This document shows positions 53,541-64,000 of a stretch of DNA of 64,000 bases, in pieces (the first letter of the stretch is position 1; every line of letters begins with the position of its first letter). The notes beneath the pieces are model-generated. The model did no database searches. It saw only the letters and a program-made list of their open reading frames with translations, and was not told where the DNA came from. The stretch comes from Squalus acanthias. Taxonomy: Eukaryota. The position numbers were made by a program, and so were the translations under genes. The stretch covers positions 100,380,001 to 100,444,000 of the forward strand of contig CM059432.1 of the NCBI GenBank assembly GCA_030390025.1. The letters run 5' to 3'.

Positions 53541-53850
53541 AGCAAAATACTGCGGATGCTGGAAATCTGAAATAACAACAGAAAATGCTGGAAACGCTCA
53601 GCAGGTCAGGCAGCATCCGTGGAGAGAGAAACAGAGTTAACGTTTCAGGTCTGTGACCCTTCGTCAGAACTGGAAAAAGTTAGAGATGTGACAGGTTTTA
53701 AGCAGGTGCAGAGGCAGGGAAAGGGGGAGGGGAGGAAAGAACAAAAGGGGCGGTCTGTGATAGGGTGGAAGGCAGGAGGTTAAATGTTGCAAATGGGGAT
53801 GGCAGAATCATCAACACCTGCCGCCTGAAAAAATAGGGGCAGAGGTTATC
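53541..53850 (-). mobile_element. Penelope-like fragment, inverted relative to 49690-50075
   Basis: Close reverse complement of ~49720-50072. Confidence 0.8.
53635..53671 (-). ncRNA. Minimal type I hammerhead ribozyme motif, sense to CSMD3 pre-mRNA
   Basis: Minus strand: agtt-CTGACGA-a-gggtc(aca)gacct-GAAA-cg-tt-aact. Confidence 0.72.
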
Positions 53851-54380
53851 ATGGAGTTATTATTAACTCCAACCTGAGCGGGTCCAATAAGGAAGGTTTA
53901 GGCCTCCCTGCCCAGGCTCCATTCCCTTCCCTACCAGGAGACGTCCCATTCTGGGCAGGAAATCGGCCGGCGGCATGTTAATGAGGCCCAGCAGTTAAAA
54001 TTGGCATGGACTCATTCTTCCGCGGGCAGGTAGTTAAATAACTCGCCAGTGGGGATTTCCGCTGGAAACCTGCAGCGGGTTAAAATCCCCTCCCTCCCAT
54101 AGTCTCAGTCATAGGCAGTGCTGTGATTCTGCCTCATGAGCTGCTGATTGAGTAGTAAGCACTTAGCCAAATAACTGACCATAGTCCAGAGCTTTAAACT
54201 AATGAGGATTCACTAGTAAATGCTAAATGCCATTAACTGCTGTTAAGTAACTATGTTAATTGTTCTGAAACAAAAGATGCACACATAGACCTGCTTTAAA
54301 TTACCAATTGTACCAATCATATGTGCCTGCTATATTTTAAAGGAATATCTACCAAAGCTCATGAATTAGGATATGTTTAC

Positions 54381-54569
54381 CTTGACAGGCAGGGACAGGT
54401 ACATTCCAAGAGTAAAATCCATATGGTGATTTCCTGCACATAGCAGTGCTATTCCCGATAAGTCTGTAACCTTGCTCACACGCCCAGCGAACGACACTGT
54501 TGAGCTGCCCTCCTGTTTGGCTGAGTATTAGGCCATGGGGAGGAGACTCTGGAGTGCTGCAGTAAAAAG
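54381..54569 (-). CDS. CSMD3: CSMD3 coding exon, sushi/CCP domain (189 nt)
   Basis: Acceptor tttccAG, donor GTaaac. (A)[74 protein letters not shown]…[15 protein letters not shown] is characteristic of CSMD3 as I recall it. Confidence 0.95.
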
Positions 54570-54686
54570 CTGGAAACAAAACAGAGTGATGTGCATTAGA
54601 TTCATTTTATTCCAGTTCAGTTTGTTTTAGCTCTGATTTAGTGAAGTAAGGTAAGAGGATAGAATAAGATTAAATCGGCCACCTAC

Positions 54687-54833
54687 CAACATATTGGATG
54701 CGGAAGCCTTTTTTGTTAGTACCATGATCAGCTGACCAGCGAAGAAAAAATTGGTGGCCGCTGCTAGTGACATTGAAAGGGGCTGAATAGTCTCCACTGA
54801 AGGAGTTCAGCAATGGGCTATGGCTGTTTGCAC
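54687..54833 (-). CDS. CSMD3: CSMD3 coding exon, C-terminal half of a CUB domain (147 nt)
   Basis: Acceptor tcccaAG, donor GTaggt. Translates GANSHSPLLNSFSGDYSAPFNVTSSGHQFFLRWSADHGTNKKGFRIQYV, matching my recall of the last CUB domain of vertebrate CSMD3 (…WSADHGNNKKGFRIRYI). Confidence 0.93.
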
Positions 54834-55136
54834 CTTGGGAGAAACAGACAATTAACATGCTAAATCAAATCTACAATTAAAGTGAACAATAAACTTTAAT
54901 GATGAATAAATGAGATTCACAGTGCAATCTGAAATCAAAGAGACACTTTTAAATACTGATGAAAGTAGGATGCAAGTAAATTACAAAGTGAGATGGCAGA
55001 TCAAATGTTTAATAACACACTGTGATCAATAGCTTTGCACATCAAGCATCTACTGTAGATCATACAGCTTGTAACAAGTATTGTGCTATTCATAATTGAA
55101 GAACTGCACTATTACTTATCACTCAAATTACACAAT

Positions 55137-55897
55137 GGGCCAGAAATTCGGCTCCCTGGCTTCGCGCGGGTGCAAGGATCGCACGCGCACCTACCTACCG
55201 CGCCTGCCGTTGACCCCTGGGCCCACGAGAATTCGGGTCCTGAGCCTCCTCCAACTGCCGGCGCGCAGTGCTTGCGTAACCCAGGGGCGTAGTTAGTGCG
55301 ATGCGTCCCCTGGGATCACGTGGGCCATGGAGAGCCAATGGCAGCAGACCATCTTTCATTCATAGATTTGACAGGACCTGTCAAATCTATGAATACAGAT
55401 CGGCCCCAAAACATCCCTAAAACTACAAATATATATATTTTTTTAATCACATTTTTAAAATAACTATAAATTACATTCATTAACTATTTTAAACAAAAAT
55501 TAAAATTTTTGAAAAATTTAATTACACTTTTTAACGGGGTTAAAACTAAACTTACCTTTCTTTAAAGTAATTAAAAAAGATGAATCTGTGAAAAAAATGT
55601 TTACATTTTAATAAAATCAACACTTACCTTGTTAAAAGAAGGCCTTGCGCCTCCTTTTTCAATGTGTATCTTCTCCGTGCTTACCCTCACGGAGGAACCT
55701 GTAAAAAAACCCGAAGTGCGAGGCGAACGCGCTGGCCCTCCGGCGTGCGCGTTCGACCTCTGAACCCCTTCCTTCAGGGGAACGGAAGTGCCGGTTTCCC
55801 ACGCATGCGCAGTGCATGCAAGAAACCGGCACTTTCGTTCCGTCCACGGGTGAGTACATAGTGCGTACTCACCCGTGGCGAGCCTAATTTCTGCCCC
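55137..55897. mobile_element. Harbinger-like MITE, TSD AAT, with several hairpins
   Basis: aat|gggccagaaattcggct … agcctaatttctgcccc|aat. Confidence 0.85.
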
Positions 55898-56239
55898 AAT
55901 GTATTTGCTTGAGCATTCAGAAACTTCTGATAACTTTCACACGGGAACATTTTATGAATGATAATGTACTAAGAATTTGAATTTTACAAGTTGCCCCAAA
56001 TTAAATGCTGTGCCACAAAAAGCAGATATATGTAATTCATAACTGTGAGACATCTAATTTATTCAATTCACAAATCTTTTACAAGCCTAGCACTCAATAT
56101 TTTAGCCACAGTAAGTGTGTGTACTGTCTCCTGTATAAATGTGTCTTTACTGAGGTGCTATCTAAGCAGAGTTCCTATATTGGCATTTTAAGCTCCATGC
56201 TCACAAATATTAATAACAATGGGGAAGGTGCGTAAATGA

Positions 56240-56712
56240 GAAAGAAAGATTGCATTTATATAGCGTCTTTCATGACCACCGGACGTCCCAAAGCGCTTTA
56301 CAGCCAATTAAGTACTTTTTGAAGTGTAGTCACTGTTGTAATGTTGGAAACGCGGCAGCCAATTTGCACATAGCAAGGTCCCACAAACAGCAATGTGATA
56401 AAGACCAGATAATCTGTTTTACTGATGTTGGTTGAGGGATAAATATTGGACAAGACACCAGGGATAACTCCCCTGCTTATCTTCGAAATAGTGTCATGGG
56501 ATCTTTTACATCTACCTGATAGAGCAGACGAGGCTTCGGTTTAGCGTCTCGTCTGAAATACGGCACCTCCGCCAGTGCAGCACTCCTTCAGTACTGCACT
56601 GAAGTGTCAGCCTAGATTTTTGTTTTGTGCTCAAGTCCCTGGAGTGGGACTTGAACCCACAACCTTCTGATTCAGAAGCGAGGGTGCTACCAACTGAGCC
56701 ATTGGCTGACAC
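56240..56712 (-). mobile_element. Full-length Deu-domain/L2-tail tRNA SINE
   Basis: Reverse complement of 4371-4812, from the gtgtcagcc…tggctcagttgg head to the (CTTT)n tail. Confidence 0.88.
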
Positions 56713-59700
56713 CGTCAGTAAAAATTTACAATTTTTAATTGATTCAAAAAGTAGTGTGATTATTTTTTCCATATTTATAAATTTCTTGTTCCATTTAGTT
56801 TTCTGTAGAAATTAGGAGTAAGATTTTATTCTCTCCATTAGAGCCAGGGTATTAAATACCACAAATCTGAAATAAACCTAAATTATCGCTGCAAAGTGGA
56901 TTTTCTTATTCCTGGTTTGCTTTTGTGCTGCCACCATGGCAACGGATGTTAAAGTTGGAATGTGAAGAAAATTTTGCATGAAAGTGACACAAAGGCAGAA
57001 TAGATCCAAAATATATCTATTTTTAAACATATCATTGCATAAAAAATGAAAATGACAGTGTAGCACTACTGCTCAGGCTCTGAAATCTACCAAGCCAAGA
57101 ACCATACAACAGCTGAAGCAGTTTAAAAATGCTGTTGGCTTTAGTTTTGCACGTGTTTCGTTTTAATAGTTTAATGCAAATATTAAAAAAAAAGAAATTC
57201 AGTCAAACAAAAACCAATGAAAATACCATTAACAGTCAAGGCAGTTTTCAAAATATATAAAGGCAGAGCTTCATATCCCCTGTGCTCTTGTCCAAGCCCA
57301 GGAGAGCCTGGATTTCCTATCCTGAGCCATTAAGGGGCACCGCTCGTCAGGTCGGCCTCCTGGCACCGACAGAATGGACAGGAGACTGAGGCACAACTGC
57401 AGGCTTCTCTAGCCTGCCTCTGGAAATCCTGTGCACCCTCCTTCAGTGGATGCTCAGGGGCAGGACACGGTGCAACGTTCCCCTGGGTGCCTTAGTACAG
57501 GGGTGTCCAGCAAACGATTCTCTCATAAAATGAGGTGAGAGACCAACTTCATGGCTCTAATGGGCCTGTATTTACTGTAGGTGTAGGCCCGACTGTTTTC
57601 TCTGGAAAGCAGCAGCAATTCCAGAGCAATGTAAAATAGGCAGAGCCCTGGAAAACTGGTTCTTTGCCCCATTTTCCTGACCTTTACACCCAGGGAAATT
57701 AACATTCCCTGAAATCAAGGATCAGGAAAATATACTCAATAAACATTACATTCTTCTTATATCCTTCCCTCTCCAGAAGACCACATTCTCATCACTTAAA
57801 AAGTTACTAAGGTCCTGGCAACCCATCATTATCTGGATCTCCCCAAAATTTTAGGGCCGAATATCTGCAACCCTACCAGTGCGCTCCCATTGCAAGTCCA
57901 GTGGGAGTGCGATGGAAGAGCCGGAAGTTAGGCCAGGATCTGGGTACATCTCCTCCCGGCTTTCCCTGCTAGTTTCTGCGGGCCTTTGTTTGAGGTGGGC
58001 CCTCTGCCATCCCAAAACAAGGGACGTGCATAAGAGGGGGGGATGTGGCCAGGGAAGGGGACTTCCAGCCTGTGTGTTTTTGTTGCTGGCCAGGCAGAAG
58101 ATAGGAGGGCCCATACATCAACTCACAGTTGCCAAAATCTGCACCCACCTGGGGGTCCAGGCTTAGGTCGTGGCTTGTACCCCTGAAAATCTTCAAAATG
58201 TTAACAGTTTTTTTCAGCCCTCTTATTAAGGGGGATGTTGGACATACTGGCAGCTTTTTTCTGGGAGCAGCCAGATAGCATAATTCCTGGTCTCCTGTCA
58301 GGCAGGTGCCTGAGATGTGCCCCAGTGGTGTGGGAACCCACTAGCATTATTTAAATTACGTGACCTCCCCTGACCTTGTAACCAAACCTGGGTCTCAACA
58401 TACACAAAATAGGACCCTTCAGGATCTGAATATGTATCCCCATTTTTCATGAATTTAAGACTTCTCTCCATAAGGAGAGAATGCAAGAGCAATCCCACAG
58501 CAAATAGAACAAAATAATTTTCATCAATTTCACACACGCTTACTTTCCAATATAGGTCAGGAGTGGTAATCAGGAAATGGGGCAGTCTGGCTGATTTTTC
58601 TTCTCTTCTCCCGAGCACTGAGGGAACTTGCAATGTCTGCACCTCTAACAGCACGGCACTGGGGATTGAACCTGGAACCTTCTTGGCCTGTATGGCGTAC
58701 TACCACACTGTGCGGTGTGCTGTTAGCCACCAGGCCATTGGGGAAGCCCTTGCATTATGCTGCTCATGCCATTTATCTGTCGTACACCAATAATAAAATT
58801 CTTTGCCATGGGTTTTTTACGTACATTATAAAGAAAATTCTGTATTACAGATCAAATAGATGTTACAAAAATGAAGTAAAAGTTGAATCCTACACAGCAA
58901 TATGTAGTTGGCACATAAAATGAAGAATACTTTAAATTCAAATCAGCATTGCCCCAAAACATCAAAAATTCAACGTGTTTACCATCAATATTCTTTTCCT
59001 TACCCTCCAAGCTCTTTCATGTGATAGATTTCACCTTCCTTCCCCCTGCCACCACTCTCCCCCTCCCCTCCTTGATACTCAACAGAAACCTTTGAAAGAC
59101 ATTTTAGAAACCTGTCATTGACTGAGAAGATCGACTTTATTTGGCAAAGCGGAAATAGTCAGTCATTCTTTTCTGATGCTTGCATATTGCTGCTTACACT
59201 TTGTGGCAACCATGGCACCCACATGTGCATCTTTTGCTAACTGATAATTGCTTACCAATGATAGAACTGGGTGCACTTAGGATCATTAAAGGTATGTCAG
59301 TGGAAAGAAACTGTAAACTCATTTACTCTCACTTCTAAAAGTCACATTTGTTACAATACTGTGTTTTTGGTTTGGTGAGAGGGAAGGCAGAGGCACAAGA
59401 TAGGTAGCCAAGGGACAGTAGTCTGAGTTCCATATAAATTGCTTCTTACAAAAATACAAAATAATTCTGCTGGGAAATTACTTTTGAGAAATAAAATGTT
59501 ACTTTTCTTAACAGGGGCACAGCCATCTAATGAGGTGCTCTGAGCTGTATTAATGGTGAGACCTGTGTCACTCAATCTGAAATCATTCACAATGGAGCTG
59601 CATGGCAGCATCATCTTATGTTTGAAGTGCTTCTTAAAATTAAATGCACAATGCAACTTGGACTTTCAATAGGACCAAAATTATTCACTGATCCGCAAAG

Positions 59701-60439
59701 TCTGCCTATTTGGTTATGTATTCTGTAAACAAAATGTCCTTGCCTACATGCACGTTTGTTTGCAATTAGCATTTAAATTGCATTATTTTTCTGCCTAAAG
59801 CTACTCTATCTATTTAAGTCCAAACTGCTTTGATGCAAGTAAAATTTGCTCAGTGCCATCTGGGAATTTTTTTTTAATGTCCGAGGTTATTCCACTCCCT
59901 AGACTAAAAGAATGAAGTCCGTTTTAAATAATTTGGCATTCAGTCAGGTTACAAAGCATTCTTCAGATATATAATTAAAAAAGGAAATATCTCTCAAATG
60001 GACAAGGGGGTGTCTATCCAGCCATCTCAAATGTCGGTGAAGGAAAATTTCTCTGATCTCTCAGATCTTAGTGCAAATTAGAATCTGAAGATTCCCTTGG
60101 GTTACAACAGCTTTCTCTGATATATAACTATACGGTCGAACTCTCCTTTGAAATGCAAGTACCTGCTTGGAGTTTTTAGTATTTGGCCTCCTGCTTACAT
60201 ACTTAGGATGCGTTACAGTTTACATGTGAGGATGTCAGCACAAACAACGAATGTCAGAGTTATTTGTCATTTGTGTTTGTACTTGGAGGGACCAAAATGT
60301 GAATCCTTCAAAGCCAAGGCTAAGTCTGTATGGTTGTCCAGAAAGTGAGGGGATGACATGTATAACTCATAGTAGTTTAATGGGTAACAAAGTAAGATTC
60401 ATGGTAGCAATAGATTGTAAGTACCAGTGGTAGCTGAAT

Positions 60440-61415
60440 GAGTAGTGTGATAATCATCCGAAAACACATCAGGTTCCATATGTACGCTGACGACATTCAG
60501 CTCTACTCTCGACCACCTCTCTCGACTCCTCCACTGCCTGTGTTGTCAAACTGTTTGTCCGACATCCAGTCCTGGATGAGCCACAATTCCTTTCAATTAA
60601 ACATTGGGAAGACTGAAGCCAATGTCTTTGATCCCCACCACAAACTCCTTTCCCCAGGCAACGATTCCATCCTCCTCTCTGGCCACTATCTCAGGCTGAA
60701 CCAGACTGTTTGCAATCTCGCCATCCTATTTGACACTGGCCTGAACTTCTGACCCCATACCCATTCCATCATAAATACCATCTACATCTACCTTCATAAT
60801 ATCGTCCCTCTCTGCCCCTGCCTCAGTCCATCTGCTGCTGAAACCCTCATCCATGCTTTTGTTACCTTTAGACTCGATTATTCCAATGCATCCTGGCCGG
60901 CCTCCCATCTTCTATCCTCCATAAACTTAAGCTCATCAAAAGCTCTGCTGCCCGTATCCTAACTCGCACAAAGTTCTATTCATCCATCAGCCCTGTGCTT
61001 GCTGACCTACACTGACTCTTGATCCACCAACATTTTGATTTTAAAATTCTCAACTTTGTGTTCAAATTCCTCCATGGCCTCGCTCCTCCCCATCTCTGTA
61101 ACCTCCTCCAGCCCTACAACCCTTTGAAAGCTCTGTGTTCTTCCAACTCTGGCCTCTTGAGCAACCCTGACTTCCTTCGCCCCACTATTGGCGATCGTGT
61201 GTTCAGCTGTCTAGACTCTGGAATTCCCTCCCTAAACTTATCACCTCTCCAGCTCTTGCTGCTCCTTTAAATTAATGCTCTGTAAAACCTACCTCTTTGA
61301 CCAAGGTCCCGATCCTAATGTTTCCTTTTTTGGCTCGGTGTTAATTTTTGTCTATATACACACCTGTGAAGCGCCTTGGGATGTCTTACTATGTTACAAG
61401 CAAGTTGGCGTTGTT
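60440..61415 (+). mobile_element. Decayed L2 LINE fragment
   Basis: FHMYADDIQLY…LSDIQSWMSHN.FQLNIGKTE; homologous to 11860-12843. Confidence 0.88.
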
Positions 61416-61494
61416 GACAAGCAAACTTTTAGTCACAGTTTATCTGATAAATCCAAAGAAGCCAACACAATAGTAGCACCACAAATAAAATGAA

Positions 61495-62060
61495 AAACTG
61501 CAAATAATATAAATTTGAAATAAAAACAGAAAATTATGGAACTACACAACATTCCGTCAGCACCTGTAAAGGGAAAAGACAGATTAATGTGTTGGGCATA
61601 GACCATATCATCAGATGTGGAAACAAAAAGATGAGAGGACCTTAACTGAACAAAACAAGTGGAAAGGGAGGGAAGAGAGCAACAGGTAAAAATATCAGGA
61701 GTACTGACCCCTGCCACAGAGATGAGTTAGTGGGTTAAATGTCAAGCACAAAGTTGGAAAGAAATTAAACCTGATAGATACGTAAAGATCAGTTGAGTAA
61801 ATGAAGAATCATTAAAAGAGCAAAGGGGTATGAAAAGGCATTATCATCTCACCATGGTAGAAGCCAATATTTCTGGTACTTTTACCCATTCTTCTCTTCT
61901 CCAATTGTTTTGTTCAGCCTTATTTAGGGTTCCCCTTATCTTTAAGTATCCTGATCAGATGAAAGTTCTCAATCTGAAATATTAACCTGACCTTTCTCTT
62001 TACAGAAGCTGATGATGATGATCTTGCTGTGCATTAGAAGCTTTTTCATTTTTATTTTAA
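61495..62060. mobile_element. Old Penelope-like inverted pair
   Basis: 61495-61620 resembles 53545-53670, and 61950-62060 resembles 49945-50050; the hammerhead cores are decayed. Confidence 0.45.
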
Positions 62061-63747
62061 AATTGGAAGTGGTTCTTACAAGGTTATGAAATGGATCAAA
62101 ATGAGCTATGGAACAAAAGTAAAAATCGTTATTACTTTCCTAATCTGTTTACATTACAGTTCTGCTTTTAGATGCAATGCTGTAATAAAAACAAGGTAAG
62201 AACATAAGAACATAAGAAATAAGAGCAGGAGTAGGCCATGCGGCCCCTCGAGCCTGCTCCGCCATTCAATAAGATCATGGCTGATCCAGGTAGTACTAGT
62301 GCATCCAGAGTGGGTTTCCAAAAGAGCCTCTAGAGGCAAATGGATTGTTGACACTTAATATTGCTGGCTGCCAATTGTTGACCACAGAACGTCAGAAATA
62401 AAGTTTTTAACATCACTGTCCTTTCCATTACATTGGGGGAGGTCTGCAGTTAAAAATTTTAAAGTCACCGATGTGGCTTGTGAGCAACTGTGCATGGATA
62501 ATAGTGTGTATGCTTGTGTCACCTCCAGTGTTACCTGGAAATGGTTCCACTATATAAATATCGTCTTAGTTATATTCTACAGTTTCATCATTTGGAAATC
62601 AAGTTCAATTTTACACATACTTGAAATGTGGATTTTTGAAGGCAAATTCAAACCCATATTTCAAGAATGATATTCTCGCTGACATGCAGTTCCCAATATT
62701 TAATAAGAGGAACAATTTCAGTTGAGGTTCATGGGCTTGTATTGCTTCAAACTCACCATTAAGTCCTAAAGATGTGTGCAAAATTAAGAACATTGTGAAA
62801 TTATATAAACTCATACAGTTCAAAACCGAGCAGAGCTAAATTATCATGGTGTGCACTGCAAAGAAAATATGCATTTGAAATATGCTTTTAACACATATGG
62901 AAATCAGTTTCTGTAATGTGATTAAAATGTACTTAAACAGATAGCTTAATATAGGAAGTTGCTCATATTGTTTGTTTCCTTTTAATTGCAAATATGCAAC
63001 TGTTTTCTCAGGTCCCATTGAAATCTAAACTCAGGATTACAGCAGTCTATTCAATTTATGCTATCCTTTTTCATCTGTACATAGAGCAAAGTTTCACATC
63101 ATCCTACAAATCATAATGTGCTGTATTTTCATCTAACTACTCGCTATATAGTGCAGAATGCAATGTAACCTTTTTTGTACCTGTGCAGGAAAGAATTACC
63201 TCTTCTAACCATTACCCAGCATTTTCAATTTATTTGAATTATGTGGCCATATAGAAACGACCAAGTTGAAATTGGTGTCAGACGAAAATTGGACATCAGG
63301 CATAAAGCAAAAGTAAAAATGAAACACTTCCTTGAAAAACACTTTCTATTCAAACAAGAAAAGTCTACTCGTACTCCTATTGTATCGTGGGGCAGATATC
63401 TCGCTGTTATATTTGTTCATTTGAAAAATTCTGACTTTTCATTTTGTTGACACTAGCTCTCAGCTTGCATCAAATGCTGAGGAGGAATCTGGTGGCCTCA
63501 GTACTAAGGGGGCTGACTACTCATTTCTTAAATGAACTATCCCTTCCCCACTAAAAAGGTGCCGATGCTAGCTCCCTAGAGTTGTGGCTATAGGACAAGC
63601 AAAAATATCAGCTTATTCTAACATGAGACCTAATGATGCATTAATACTAACAAGTATAGCTCTTGTATCTTGTTACAAATGTCGGCTGGTTATTGCCAAA
63701 TAAGCTTGCAAATCTTACAGACATTTTTGTGATAATACATTAAAAAA

Positions 63748-63852
63748 AAGAAAGACTTGCATTTATATAGCGCCTTTCCCGATCTCAGGACGTCGCAAAG
63801 CGCTTTACAACCAATGAAGTACTTTTGAAGTGTAGTCACTGTTGTAATGTAG
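63748..63852 (-). mobile_element. SINE/L2-type 3' tail
   Basis: aagaaagacttgcatttatatagcgcc…aaagcgctttaca…gaagtgtagtcactgttgtaatg matches 56240-56345. Confidence 0.8.
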
Positions 63853-64000
63853 TTTTAACATAGGATTGCTTTTCAAAACGTGAGTTTTGTTGTGAGTAAA
63901 TGCTCTTCAGATAATGAGTTAAATTTTATTTGATATCTGTTGCAGCAGGAATGTATGTTTAATTTCACAATTCAAATGTCTTGTGTAACCATGACCCAGA

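Noticed and set aside
54834..64000. Preceding CSMD3 CUB exon (and the next sushi exon within 1-7414)
   Set aside because: No matching reading frame found by eye; they probably lie outside the window. A TBLASTN search would settle this.

Overview
Eukaryotic genomic DNA, most likely from a cartilaginous fish (shark), judging by the repeat repertoire; the species cannot be fixed from the sequence. The window lies inside a large minus-strand gene that I recognise as CSMD3. Ten consecutive coding exons were mapped by hand (end of a CUB domain plus nine sushi/CCP modules, 1782 nt = 594 codons, all phase-1 GT-AG introns). One of them (37526-37699) is missed by the ORF track. The introns are dense with nested transposable elements: decayed PIF/Harbinger transposons (transposase and Myb/SANT remnants), many Harbinger-like MITEs with GG..AATT termini and 3-bp target duplications, CR1, L2, an Ingi/Vingi-like LINE, tRNA-derived SINEs, a clean 954-bp solo LTR, and Penelope-like fragments. 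The most unusual signals are three intact-looking minimal hammerhead ribozyme cores in the Penelope-like fragments. One is in the CSMD3 sense orientation and one sits in an ~80-bp fold-back insertion just upstream of an exon. No prokaryotic system, CRISPR array, rRNA or genuine tRNA is supported. Family assignments rest on my recall of motifs, not on database searches.
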